From the human T2T-CHM13v2.0 reference genome, Homo sapiens, in the NCBI RefSeq assembly GCF_009914755.1, contig NC_060947.1: a stretch of DNA of 64,000 nucleotides. One strand, written 5' to 3'. The notes beneath the pieces are model-generated. The model worked only from the letters and a program-made list of their open reading frames with translations, was not told where the DNA came from and searched no databases. Positions 13,732 to 27,589 of this stretch are shown one piece after another; positions within the stretch are counted from its first letter, which is position 1, and every line of letters begins with the position of its first letter. A program made the position numbers and the translations under genes.

Positions 13732-16160
13732 TGCTTTAGGCCATTCTTGCATTTACATAAAGAAATTCCTGAGAATAGGTAATTTATAAAGAAAAGATGT
13801 TTAATTGGTTCATAGTTCTGTAGGCTGTCCAGGAAGCATGGTGCCAGCATCTTCCCACCTTCTTGGGTGGCTTCAGAGAGCTTTTACTTATGGCAGAAGG
13901 CAAAGCAGGAGCATGCATATCACATGGCAAGAGCATGAGCAAGAATGAGAGCGGAGGTGGAGCTGCCACACACATTTAAACAACCAGATCTCACGAGTAC
14001 TCACCATCACAAGGATAGCACCAAAACAAGAGGGATCCACCCCTATGACCCAAACATCTCCCACTAAGCCTCATCTTCAACATCGAGGATTAAATTTCAT
14101 TATGAGATTTGAGGGTACAAATATCCAAACCATATCATTCCACTGTTGGGTCCTCAAATCTTATGCCTTTCTCACATATCAGAATGCAATTATGCCTTTC
14201 TAATAGTCTCCCAAAGTCTTAACTCATTTCAGCATTAACTCAAAAGTCCCAAGTCCAAAGTCTTATCTGGAGATGAGTTCCTTCCACCTATAAGCCTGTA
14301 AAATTAAAGCAAATTATTTACTCCCAAGATACAATGGGGATACAGGCATTGGAAAAATTCCCATTCTAAAAGGGAGAAATTGGCTAAAAGAAATGAGTAA
14401 CATGCCCCAATCCAATCTATAACCCAGCAGGACAGTCATTAAATCTTAAAGCTCTAAAATAATATCCTTTGACTATGTTATCCCACATCCAGGGAACTCT
14501 TGTGTGAGTGGTGGGCTCCCCAGGTCTCTGGCAGCTCTGCCCCTATAGCTTTGCAGGGTACAAACACTGAGACTGCTTTCAGAGTTGAGTTTCTGCACCT
14601 TTTCTAGATGGAAGATGTAAGCTGTTTATGTATCTACCATTCTGGGGTCTGGAAGACAGTGGGACACTTCTTACAGCTTGACTAGGCAGTACCCCAGTGG
14701 GGAGTCTGTGTTGGGTCTTTAACCCCACATTTCTCCTTCACACTGCCCTAGTCGAAACTCTCTGTGAGGACTCCATGCCTGCAGCAGGCTTCTGCCTGGG
14801 CACCCGGCATTTTTATATATCATCTGAAATCTAGGTGGAGAATGCTAAGCCTCCTTAACTGTTGCACTTTGCACACCTACAGGATTAACATCAAGTAGGA
14901 GGCCATAAAGGCTCATGCCTTTTGCCCTCTGATACAGCAGCCTGAGCTGCATCTGAGGCCCTTTGAGCTGAGGTTGGAGCTGGAGCAACCTGAATGCAGG
15001 GAGCAGTGTCCAGAGTCTGTGCAGAGCAACAGGGCCCAGGGCCTTGCCCACAAAACTATTCTTTTCTTCTAGGCCTCTGCACCTGTGGTGGGAGGGGCTG
15101 CCTTGAAGATTGCTGAAATGTCTTCAGGGCCTTTTCTCACTGTCTTGGACAATAGCACTTGGCTCCCTCTAAATCACGCTAATATCTCTAGCAAGTTGTT
15201 GCTCCATAGCCCACTTGAATTCTGCCCTTGATAATGCTTTTTCTTTCTCTGCCATGTGGCGAAGTTGCAAATTTTCCACACTTTTGCACTCTGCTTCTCT
15301 TTTAATTATACATTCCAACTTTAATTCTTTTATTTGCTCCCACATTGGAGAATAGGTTGTTAGAAGCAGCCAGGCACAATCTTGAACACTTTTCTGATTA
15401 GAATTTTTTTCTGCCAGATATCTTCAGTCATCAAGTTTAAGTCCAAAGTTCTATGGAACCCTAGGGCATGAACACAATAAAGCCAAGTTCTTTGCTAAGT
15501 CATACCAAGGGTGACCTTTGCTCCAGTTCCTAAAAACTTTCTTATTTTCATCTGAGACCTTGTCAGCCAGGACTTCACTGTGCATATCACTATTAGCCTT
15601 TTGGTCACAACCATTTAACCAGTATCTGAGAAGTTCCAAACTTTCCCTCATGTTTATGTCTTCTTCTGAGCCCTCCAAACTTTTCAAACCTCTGCCTGTT
15701 ACACAGTTCCAAAGTCATTTCCACATTTTCAGAAATCTTCACAGCAATACTCCATTCCCAGTACCAATTTTCTGTGTCAGACAATTTTTGCATTGCTATA
15801 AAGGAATACCTGAGACTGGGTAATTTATAAAGAAAGGAAATTTATGATTTATAGCCGGTTGTATGGAAAGCATAAGGCTGTTATCTGCTCACCTTCTTGG
15901 GAAGCCTCAGGGAGCATTTATTCATGGCATAAGGCAAAGTAGGAGCAGGAACATCACATGGTGAGAGCAGGAGCAAGTGGGTGGGGGTCCCACATGCTTT
16001 TAAACAACCAGGTCTCATGATAACTCACTCAATATAATAAGAACAGCACCAAGCCATGAGGGATCCAACCCCATGACCCAAACACCTCCCACCGGGTTCC
16101 ACTTCCAACACTGAGGGTTACATTTTAATGTGTGGGAGGTCAAGTATCCAAACCATATCA
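13732..16160 (-). mobile_element. Two-LTR MaLR element, MSTA-like: 5' LTR 15773-16160, internal 14138-15772, 3' LTR 13732-14137
   Basis: Two homologous ~390-405 bp LTRs, each ending ccaaaccatatca on + (TGATATGG on -); ~1.6 kb MaLR internal region beginning gaaaattggtac on the minus strand. Confidence 0.9.
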
Positions 16161-16399
16161 CTCAAATTCTACATTTCAGTTGGTTAGGGGAGGTTTATAG
16201 GGCACTACTGGCACTCAGTGATTACAAAATTTTATGACATTATGGTTTTCAAATCCCATGACTCTGAAATCCTAAGGTAAAATGACCTTCTGTATTCAAC
16301 ATTACATTAGCTCTGATTTTAACATGCTCTGATAGTATGGTGATCAGATTTTAACTCTTTCTGTGATCCATGACATTGGCTAGAACAGTGCTTTGAGGA

Positions 16400-16660
16400 A
16401 ATAAACTGCTGGATGAATAAAAAGATATACTTTTTTGAATATGGAATAAACTATAGTCAAATAAAAAGAGTAAAAAGAGGCAAATAAATGACTGGGAACA
16501 ATATTTGCTGCAAAAAAGATATGCAAAAAGTATTTCACTTACATTTTTTATCTTAGAATATGATTTTAAGAACAAATTTAAATATAAAAATACTATCACC
16601 TCAGCTTATAAAAGAGTGAAAGACATGAACAGATAATTCACAAAGTTAGAAACACAATTT
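16400..16660 (+). mobile_element. Decayed L1ME ORF2 3' fragment
   Basis: gactgggaacaatatttgc... and aaagacatgaacagataattcacaaag resemble the end of L1 ORF2. Confidence 0.5.
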
Positions 16661-17134
16661 CTTATCTCTAGTGTCCTAAATTTCTATAATGCGGTTACAT
16701 TACTACATAATGTGATTTTAAATATTAAAATAAAGAAAAAACAACTGGAAGAACACATATTAAGTCACTGATTCGATGTATGGTTTAAGCTTCAAGGCTT
16801 TTTTTGTTGTTTTTGAGGATCATGTATACATTTGTAGAATACCGAGTCTACCACAATTGGCTGTTTTTAATTATTTCCCCATTAACTCATTATTCCCTTG
16901 CCAAATTATGTCACTTGACATTTTTTTACAAGTATTTACTTATAACGACACTTCATTTTTAAATATTTAAGTCTTTTTATAACATAAATATATACAATAA
17001 CATGTTCTAAAAATGAACTGTGCATAAAGAATAAGGAAATAGGCAGTTCAAATAACAGGAATGTCTACTCTTGAGGGTACAACAGAAAAATAAATAATCA
17101 GGATTACCACTGCTATACTGAATCCCAAGTTTAC

Positions 17135-17288
17135 TTTTAAGCTCAGAAATCAAAGTGAAAATTGAGCTGTTGATCATTATCAGAAAGAAAGGACAGTTCA
17201 TGGAATAGCCTTTCAAAGACATTCTTCATTGTGTTTTCTCAGTGGGACAAAATAAGTGATGTGGCAGACAATGCTGTCAAAAGTATTG
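17135..17288 (-). pseudogene. Candidate fossil exon (3'-most found)
   Basis: Acceptor gcattttctgtag. Phase-1 entry reads ILLTALSATSLILSH*ENTMKNVFERLFHELSFLSDNDQQLNFHFDF*. Donor uncertain (17135 or 17108). Confidence 0.45.
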
Positions 17289-17795
17289 CTACAGAAAATG
17301 CACTAAGTGAATAAACAGAGCTTTTATTTACATCGGGTTGGAGAAATGTTGGGGAGAGGGGTTACTGTTTTATTTTATCTGAAGAAAAGCTGAAATAATA
17401 ACATAAAACAGAGTGCACTGTAGGCAACTCTGTGCAGAGTTGCAATAATATGGTCAACATATGGGGAATTTCTGATGGTCTTCCTGAATTGATTTGAACT
17501 TAGACCCTATTGAATACTGAGAAAACTAGATCGACTTAATTTCCTTTACAGAAATATTACTTCTCTCCCGCAGCCTTCCACTTGATCTCCAGCACTTCAT
17601 TATTTAAATATCTTAGTTTGTGACTGGGACACATGCTGGTTTCATCAAGTCATTGTGAGCCCCTTGTTATCCTCCCTCTACAACTCTCAACCTACTAATC
17701 AGCTTGATAAGCTACTGATCATCCTAGTACTCAGGATGACTCTAACTGCAGGTGTTTCACTGATGACAGCTCTTCTTTCCCCATTTCTTACTCAC

Positions 17796-17830
17796 CAGCT
17801 CTATTAGGACAGATGCCTACTAAAAATGTT
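17796..17830 (-). pseudogene. Candidate fossil exon, 35 nt
   Basis: ttctttgatttttag|...CTG|gtgagt (near-consensus sites); phase 2 to 1, open: TFLVGICPNRA. Confidence 0.6.
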
Positions 17831-18339
17831 CTAAAAATCAAAGAAATTAGCCATGTTAAACAGTATTTGCATTCCTTCTTATTAGTCTACAGCAGTTCTC
17901 CAGAACTTTTTAGTTCAAAGTGTTATTCTCATTCATGTGCTTAAAGAAACTCTAGATCATGGAGAAAGCCCATGCAGAGCCCAGCTCATCATTGGTCTAC
18001 TGGGGATAGTATATAAACTGTAAGCTATGAAACTCCGTCTTGCTGAGGAACTTGAATGATGCAGGATGTGATCTAAAGGTGCACTTCAACATGACAAAAA
18101 TACATTTTAAAATGCCATTGGCATATTCTATCAACTACAACAATGCACATATTTAGAGTTCAAGATGTATGATGTACGTCTCAGGTTTTCAATTTCAAGT
18201 CTTGGACCCCCTTTCTAGTTCTTATGGAATAGTGTGGTTAGTCTCTCCAATTATCAGCTAAACTGACCTACCATCTTATAAAAGCCAGTAGCAATTCACA
18301 GCACTTTCTATTTGCTTAAACAAAACAAAACAAACTTAC

Positions 18340-18464
18340 CAAAAGATTTATTGACTGTGCAAGACTATGTCAGTAATCTATTTGAACATGTCTGTCAAAC
18401 CTGTCACTGGAGCTTGCTATTTAATATCTAACTGTGTCCATCTATCTAATTTTCTGTCACTAAT
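18340..18464 (-). pseudogene. Candidate fossil exon, ~125 nt
   Basis: Strong donor TG|gtaagt, acceptor less certain; phase 0 to 2 reading ISDRKLDRWTQLDIK*QAPVTGLTDMFK*ITDIVLHSQ*IF. Confidence 0.4.
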
Positions 18465-18554
18465 CTATTTTTTAAAGCAAAAACGGCAGTTCTTCAAAAT
18501 TAGATAAATGAGTGCATTGCTTTCTGAATGCATGGCAAAAGATATGCTTTCTTT

Positions 18555-18960
18555 TTATCCTTCACAGCACCTGGCATAGAACATGGCATGTAGCGAATTC
18601 TCAAAAATAATGCCATACTATATTTTATATTGTCATAGAGTTTCAAAATGCATCAAATCATTTTCTAAGTTTATCATTGCTGTTGCTATTTTTAGTAACA
18701 ATATATTACAGTTAATTGCTATTTTATTCAGAGGGTAGAGGGGGTGATGTGATTAATTGCCCAAATTCAAATGACTATCATGGCTGGATCATTAGATAGC
18801 CTGGATGAATATGACTGTCTGACTTCTAATGCAGTGTTCTCTTTAGAATAAAACTTCTTCAGCATTTTAAAAACCTACAATTCATGCATTCATGTATACA
18901 ATAAATATTTATTGGGCACCTTCCATGCATGAGATGGTGAAGATGATACAAAGACAGATG
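18555..18960. mobile_element. Cluster of L2/MIR relics
   Basis: cacagcacctggcatagaa (L2 3' end), gtgattaattgcccaaattca (MIR core-like), ttcatgcattcat...aaatatttattgggcacct (L2 3' end, opposite strand). Confidence 0.5.
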
Positions 18961-19080
18961 TGAATGTGATGTTTGAATATTATTTATATTGCAAGCAGAG
19001 TATATATGATATCATATAACTTTGGAGGACAGAAGGGTGATAATGGCTTTATACCAGTTCTCTGACTAAATTGCCTTTAC

Positions 19081-19225
19081 CGACCATGGAATGAACCGGC
19101 AAAATTCTCATGAGGGTTGCTTTGCAGTCATTACTCTGTCCTGAGAACCTCAGAAAAGATCTTAGTCTTTATTACAATCCAAGATCCAAATCCCGCTCTT
19201 TCATTTCATCTCCACTTCTCAACTG
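19081..19225 (-). pseudogene. Candidate fossil exon, 145 nt
   Basis: tttgttgttgttctag|CAG... (NAGNAG) and TCG|gtaaag. The best frame QLRSGDEMKERDLDLGL**RLRSFLRFSGQSNDCKATLMRILPVHSMV does not phase cleanly with its neighbours, so a frameshift or missing exon is needed. Confidence 0.4.
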
Positions 19226-19454
19226 CTAGAACAACAACAAAGCCATGAATATTTGATTGAGTGTTTCTTAACAGCTTGAGTACTTTGTTATAAAGTTTCT
19301 CAAGACTCAGTGGTTTCACAAAGGGTAGATATATTTTCTTAACTAAAAGTGAATATAGCCAACAGAGGGCAGCTATTATCATGCATCCATACATATCCAG
19401 CTTATGTAATAATATTTATAAAAGCCCATTTTAAAACACAATTATTCTCACCTT

Positions 19455-20960
19455 TTGAGGGGAAAAAAAACACATAAAGTTTACCATCTTATCCATTTTA
19501 AGTATACAGTTCAGTGGTGTTAAGTATATTCACATTGCTATAAAACAGATCTCTAGAACTTTTTCATTTTGCAGATCTGAAACTCTATATTAATCAAACA
19601 ACTGTCCTTTTTCTTCTCCCCAAAGGGAGAGGCAACCACCTTTTTACTTTCTGTTTCTATGAATCTGACTACTTTAGGTACCTCATATAAGTAGAATCAT
19701 ACAGTATTTTTCTTTGTGTGACTACCTTATTTAACCGACCATAATGTTCTGAAGGTTCATCTATATTATAGTATCTGTCCATCTGTCAGGGTTTCTTTTC
19801 TTGTTGAGGCTGAATGATATTCCATTGTATGTACATACCACAGTTTGTTTATCCATTCATCCACGGATGGACACATGGGTTGCTTATATATCACTGCTCT
19901 TGTGAATAGTGCTGCTATGAACATGGGTACACAAATTTCTCTTTTATCCTGCTTTCAATTCTTTTGATATATACTCATAAGTAGGATTGCTGTATCAAAG
20001 GATAGTTCCATTTTTTATTGTTTTAGGAACCTCCATAAGGTTTTCCATAGCAGTTGCACCATTTTACCTTTCCATCAACAGTGCATAAAGATTACAATTA
20101 CTCAACATCCTCATCACTATTTGTTATTTTCTGGAAGTTTTTAATAGTAGCCATCTTGATGGATGTGAGGTGATATCACATTGGTTTTGATCTGCATTTC
20201 CTCCAGTGATGTTGAGCATCTTTTAATATGCTTATTGGTCATTTGCATATCATCCTTGGAGATATATTTATACAAGTCTTTTACACATTTCAAAAATAAA
20301 GATATTTAAAATTTTTTGCTATTGAGTTGTAAGAGCTCTTTATATTGTGGATATTAACTTTTTACCAGATTTATGATTTGCAAATATTTTCTCCCATTTT
20401 GTAGGTTGCTTTTTCAATCTGTTGATTGTTTCCTTTCTTGTGCAGAAGGTTTTTAGTTTGAGGTAGTCCTACTTGTCTATTTTTGCTTTTGTTGCTTGTG
20501 CTTTTGGTATCATATCAGAGAAATCATTATCAAATCCAATGTTATGAAACTGTCTTCTATGTTTTCTTTTAGGAGTTTTGTAATTTCAGTTCTTACATTT
20601 AAGTGTTTAATCCATTTCCAGTTAATTTTTGTATGTGTAAAATAAGAGTCCAACTGCATTCTTTTGCTTGTGGATATCCAGTGTTTTCAACACCACTTGT
20701 TGAAGAGACTGTCATTTCTCCATTGAGTGGTCTTGGTATCCTCATGGAAAATCATTTGTTTGTTGTCTGTTCGATTCCCATTGCCTTGGCCTGGGTGTCA
20801 TTCTGCTTGTGACACACTGTTTTGTTACTATAGCTTTGTTATATGTTTTGAAATTGCAAAGTGTGAGTCCTTTAACTTTGTTCATCTTTTTCAAAATTGT
20901 TTTGGTTCCTTGGGCTCCCTTGAGATTCCTCCTGAATGTCCATGGGAATTCTTTTCTCTT
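19455..20960 (-). mobile_element. 5'-truncated L1MB-like element (3' UTR plus ORF2 end)
   Basis: tttaccatcttatccattttaagtatacagttcagtgg...ctctagaactttttcat is a typical L1MB 3' end on the minus strand. Confidence 0.85.
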
Positions 20961-23900
20961 ACCAAGAAAATTAATTAATTTTAAATTATTTTTTCTTTCA
21001 AGTAATCTATTTCATTTTATTTTTTCTAGGGAATTTTAGAAAGTAAGTCTTGTTCCTTGCTTCACTGACTATCCATTTATATGATATGTTGTATATGAAA
21101 CACTCCAGATTCTCTACTGTGCAGAATGTTTGCTTGCGAAGAAGAGCAAATAGAGGAGCATAGATAATGCTTCATCAATGAGGCCTATAAAAATTGAGAT
21201 TTTTACAAATTGCTGATCTCCCAAAATTTAGGACAGGGCTGGACATGTTGTAAATTTTCAAAATATATATTGAAAGAATAAACGAAGGCTGAAGACAATA
21301 TGATGTGAAAGATGCCAGTTCACCTAGAAGTTACCAGATGCACCCTCCTCTATGTGTTTATTTATAAATTGTTATCAGCATAATCCATGTACATATTTTT
21401 GTCTTTGAATATTTATAAAGGGCTTATAATACAAAGCAACATACCCTACTCCACCTCTCTCCATCCTGTATTCCCACTCCCAGAGGAAACAACTGTCTAT
21501 TCTTTTAGCTGTGTCTTCTGGCATGTATTACTCTACTTCTTTTTTGTTTGGTTTATACATATTTATCATTTAACTCTCACAGTGGGACCCATACCAAAAT
21601 TAAAGACTGCTTTTCCAAATTATTTATTTAATAATTACATCTTTTCTTTTAGATTCAGGGGATATATGTGCAGGTTCATTACCTGGGTACATTGCATGAT
21701 GCTGAGGATGGGGGTATAATTGATCCAGTCACCCAGGTAGTGAGCATAGTACACAACAGTTAGTTTTTGAACCCTTGACTCCTCTCCTTCCTTTACACTC
21801 TGGCAGTTCTCGGTGTCTATTGTTGCCAACTTTATGTCTATGAGTACTTATTTTTAGCTCCAACTTAAAGGTGGGAACACAGGGTATTTAATTTTCTGTT
21901 CCTGCATTAAATGGCTTAGGATAATGACCCTCAGCTGCATTCATGTTGTTGCAAAGGACAAGATTTCATTCATTTTTATGGCTATATGGTATTCCATCGT
22001 GTATTTACACCACATTGCTTTTATTCAGTTAACCATTGATGGGCAACTAGGTTGATTCCATGTTTTTGCTATTGTGAATAGTGCTGCGATGAACATGTGA
22101 GTTCATGTGTCTTTTTAGTAAAACCATTTGTTTTCTTTTAGATGTAAACCCAGTAATGTGATTGCCTGGTTGAATCGTAGTTCTGTTTTAGGTTCTTTGA
22201 GAAATTTTCAAACTGCTTTCCAAAGTGGTTGAACTAATATACATTCCCAACAATAGTGTATAACCATTCCATTTTCTTCCCAGTTTGGCCAGCATCTGTT
22301 ATTTCTGGAATTTTTAGTAATAGCCATTCTGACTGGTGTGAGATGGTATCTCATTGTGGTTGTGATTTGTATTTCTCTGATGATGAGTGATATTTGTTGG
22401 CCACTTGTATTTTTTCTTTTGAGAAATGTGTGGTCATGTCTTTTGCTCATTTTTAAATTTTTTTTTAAATTCCTTGTTCAATTGTTTACACGACTTATAG
22501 ATTCTGGATATTAGATCTTTGTCAGCTACATGGATTGCAAATATTTTCTACCATTGTGTAGCTTGCCTGTTTACTCTTTTGATAGTTTATTTTGCTGTGC
22601 AGAAAGTCTTTAGTTTAATTAGGTCCCACTTGTCAATTTTTGCTTTTGCTGCAATTGTTTTTGAGGACTCAGTGATAAATTGTTTCCCAAGACTAGTATC
22701 CAGAATGGTGTCTCCTAGGTTTTCCTCCAGGATTCTTATAGTTTGAAGTTGTAATTTTAAATCTTTGATCCACCTTGAGTTAATTTCTGTATATGGTTAA
22801 ATTTCAGTCTTCTGCATATGGCTAGCCAGCAATCCCAGAACCATTTATTGCATAGGGAGTGCTTTCCCCATTGCTTATTTGTGTTAACTTTGTGGAAGAT
22901 CAGATGGCTGTAGTCATGTGGATTTATTTCTGTGTTCTGTATTCTGTTCCATTGGTCTATGTGTGTATTTTGTAGCAGCACCATGCTCTTTTGGTTACTG
23001 TAGCCTTATAGTATAGTCTATAGTATAGGTAATGTGAAGCCTCTGATTTCCTTCTTTTTCTTAGAATAGTTTTGGTTATTTGGGCTCTTTTTGGTTCCAC
23101 ATGAATTTTATAATAGTTTTTTTTCTAGTTCTGAGAAAAATGATGTTGGTAGCTTGATAGAAATAGTGTGAAATTTTTAGCTTGCTTTGGTCACTATGGC
23201 CATTTTAATAATATTGATTCTTTCAATCCATGAAAATGGAACATTTTTCATTTGTTTGTATAATCTGTGACTTTTTTCAGCAGTAGTTTGTAGTTCTCCT
23301 TGTAGAAATCTTTCACCTCCTTGGTTAGATGTATTCCTATATTTTTTGGCAGCTGTTGTTAAGTGGGAATGTATTCTTGATTTGGCTTTCAGCTTGAATG
23401 TTATTGGTTTATAAAAAATAAACTGCTGAATATTATATGTTGATTTTGTATCCTGACACTTTACTGAAGATATCTACCAGTTCCAGGATCCTTTTCATGG
23501 AGTCATTAGGGTTTTCTAGGTATAGAATTATATTGTCAGCAAAGAGACGTGGCCTGATTTCTCTTTTTTCTATTTGGATGTCTTTTTTTTTTTTTTTTTC
23601 TCTTGCTTCATTGTTCTAGCAAGGACTTCCAGTACTATGTTGAATAAGAGTCAGAGTGGGCATTCTTGTCTTGTGGGTTCTTGCGGGGGATGCTTCCAGG
23701 TTTTGCCCATTTATTATGACGTTGACAGTGGGTTTGTCATAGATGGCTCTTATTATTTTGAGGTATGGTCCTTAAATGCTTAGTTTCTTGAGAGTTGTTA
23801 TCATCAAGGAATTTTACACTTCATCAAAACCTTTTTCTTCAACTATTGAGATGATCATATTGTTTTTGTTTTTAATTCTGTTTATGTACTGAATCATATT

Positions 23901-26059
23901 CATTGATTTGCATATGTTGAACCAATCTTGCATCCCAGGAATAAAGCCTACTTGATCAAGTGAATTAACTATTTTATATGCTGCTGGATTCAGTTTGTTA
24001 GTGTTTTGTTAAGGATGTTTTTATCTACATTCAAAAGGAATATTGGCCTGTAGTTTTGTTTTGTTTTGTTTTAATTTTGTTTTTCTCAGGTTTTGATATC
24101 AGGGTGATGCTGGCTTCATAGAATGAGTAAGGGAGGAATCCATCTTCCCTTATTTTTTGGAATAGTTTCAGTAGTATTGGTACTAGTTCTTCTTCATATA
24201 TCTTGTAGAATTTGGCTGTGAATCATTTGTTCCTTGGCTTTTTCTTGGTTGGTAGGATTTTTTATGGCTCATTCAATTTTGGAACTCAAAATTATTCTGG
24301 TCAGGGTGTCCATTTCTTCCTGATTCTATCATGGAAGATTGTATATTTCCAAAAATTAATTCATTTCCTTTAGATTTTTCAGTTTGTATGCATAGAGGTG
24401 TTCACCACAGACTCTTAAGGATCTTTTGTATGTCTGTGGGAGCAGTGGTAATGACATCTTTGTCATATGTGCTTGTGCTTATTTGGATCTCTCTTTTTTC
24501 CTTTGTTAATCTAGGTAGTGGTCTATTGGTCTTGCTTATCCTTTCAAACAAACAACTTTTAGTTTTGTTAACTCTTTGTATGGATTTACATGTCTCAATT
24601 TCATACAGGCCTGCTCTGATTTTAGTTATTTATTTTCTTCTGCTAGCTTTGGGGCTAGTTTACTCTTATTTTTCTAGTTTCTCTAGGTGTGTTGTTTGAT
24701 TGTTAATTTTTGAGATTTTCTAACTTTTTGAGATAGGTGAATAGTGCTATAAACTTTCCTCTTAACACTGCTTTTGCTGCATTCCTGAGGTTTGGGTAGG
24801 TTTTGTCTCTGTTTTTATTTATTTCAAAGAATTTTCTGACTTCTTCCTTAATGTTATTGTTTACCTAAAAGTCATTCAGGAGAAAGTTGTTTAACTTCCA
24901 TGTAATTGTGTGGTTTTTGAGAGATCTTGTTAGTATTGGCTTTAATTTTATTCCACTGTGTTCCACGAGCATCATTGGAATTTTTTTTTTAATTTATTGA
25001 GACTTACTTTCTGGCTGATAATGTGGTCAATCTTAGAGTATATTCTGTGTGCAGATGAGAAGAATGTGTATTATTTGGTTGTTGTGTGGAGTATTCTGTA
25101 GATATCTATTAACTTCAATTGGTCAATGTCAAATTTAAATCCATTATTTCTTTGTTAGTTTTCTGCCTTGATGCCTTAAAGTCTAATGCTGTCAGTGGGG
25201 TGTTGAAGTCTCCCATTATTATTACGTGGTTACCTAAGTCTTTCTGTAGATCTCAAAGTACCGTTTTATGAATCTGAGTGCTCCAATGTTGGGTGCACAT
25301 ATATTTAGAATAGTTAAGTCTTCTTGTTGAATTGAACCCTTTATCATTATGCAATGCCCTTCTTTGTCTTTTTTTACTGTTGTTGTGTTGAAGTCTATTT
25401 TATCTGATATAAGAATAGCCACTCTTGATGTTTTTGTGTTCCATTTGCATAATAATCTTTTATCCCACCCTTTCCTTTGAGGCCATGGGTGTCATTACTG
25501 CTGAGATAGGTCTCTTGAAGGCAGCAGATGGAAGGGTCTTTTTTTTTTAATCCAACTTGCCACTCTATGCTTTTTAAGTGGGATGTTTAGACAATTTACA
25601 TTCAAGGATGTTGATATGTGAGATTTTGATTTTATCATAAAATTGTTAGCAGGTTGCTTTGCAGTTTCCATTGTGTGGTTGCTTTATAGGGTCTGTGAGC
25701 TATGTACTTAAGTGTGTTGTTGTGGTAGCAGGTATCATTTTTTTTCATTTCCATGTTTAGAACTTCCTTAAGGGTCTCTTGTAATGTTGGTTCAGTGACA
25801 ACAAATTCCCTTAGTGCTTACTTGTTTGGAAAAGACTTTATTTCTCCTTTCCTTATAAAGCTTAGTTTGGCAGGACATGAGATTCTTGATTGGAATTTCT
25901 TTTCTTTAAGAATTCTGAAAAGAAGCTACCAATCTCTCCTGGCTTGTAAGGCCTCTGCCGAGAAGTATGCCTGTAGCCTGCTGGGGTTCATTGCATATGT
26001 GATCTTACCTTATTCTCTAGTTGACTTTAAGATTTTGTCTTTAGCATTGACTTGAACAG

Positions 26060-26424
26060 TATGTTAGTCTGTTCTCATGCTGCTAATAAAGACATCCCTA
26101 AGGCTGGGCAATTTATAAAGAAAAAGAAGTTTAATGGACTCACAGTTCCACATTGCTGCAGAGGCCTCACAATTATGGCAGAAGGTAAAGAAGGAGTAAA
26201 GGCATGTCTTAAATGGTGGCAGGCAAGAGATAGTATGCAGGAGGACTACCCTTTATAAAACCATCAGATTTCATTAGATTTATTCACTATCATGAGAACG
26301 ACACGGGAAAAACCTGCCCCGATGATTCAATTACCTTCCACCGGGTCCCTCACAAAACACATGGGGATTATGAGAGCTATAATTCAAGATGAAATGTGGG
26401 TGGGGATACATCCAAACCATATCA
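26060..26424 (-). mobile_element. THE1C-like MaLR solo LTR
   Basis: 365 bp from tatgttagtctgttctcatgctgctaataaagac to ccaaaccatatca; exact 5-bp TSD aacag (26055-26059 / 26425-26429). Confidence 0.92.
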
Positions 26425-27091
26425 AACAGTCTGCTGACTATATACAAACTGTTGTGTTGGTGATGTTCATTTTGTAAAATATCTTGCAATGGTTCTCTGG
26501 ATTCATTGTATCAGGATATCTACCTCTCTAGTGAGATAGGAAAATTTTCTTGAATTATTCCCTCAAATATGATTTTCATGTTGTTTTATTTTTCCCCATC
26601 TCCTTCAGAAATACCAATAGTTCATAAGTTTAATTCTTTGCATAATCCCTTATTTCTCAAACACTTTATTTTTAAAATTCTCTTTTCTTTATTTTTGTCT
26701 GACTAGATTAATTTGAAAAACCAGTCTTCAAGCTCTGGAACTATTTTTCTGCTTGGTCTAGTCCATTGATAAAGATTTCAATTGTATTTTGAAATTCTTT
26801 AAGTGAGTTTTTTTTTATTCCAGAATCTCTGATTGATTTCTTTTTAAGATGTTTACCTCTTCTTTCACTTTCCAGATTGCTTTAGAAGTGTCCTTGTTTT
26901 GATTTTCAACATTGTCTTGGATCTCAATGAAATTCCTTGCAATTTACACTTTGAATTCTTTTTTTAAAATTTTTTATTTCAAGCTATTTTTGAGTACATG
27001 TGGTTTTTAGTTACATGGTTCTTTAGTGGTGATAGCTGACATTTTAGTGCACCTGTCGCCCAAGCAGTGTACACGGTACCCAATATGCAGT

Positions 27092-27406
<315 letters not shown>

Positions 27407-27589
27407 ACTCAATATGTAGTCTTTTATCCCTCACCCCTCCCAACATTTTCCCCCCAAGCCCCTGGAGTGCATTATATTAGTCTTATGCTTTTGTGTACTC
27501 ATAGCTTAGCTCCCACTTGTAAGTGAGAAGATATGCTATTTGGTTGTCCATTCCCAAGTTACTTAACTTAGAATAATGTCCTCCAGCTC

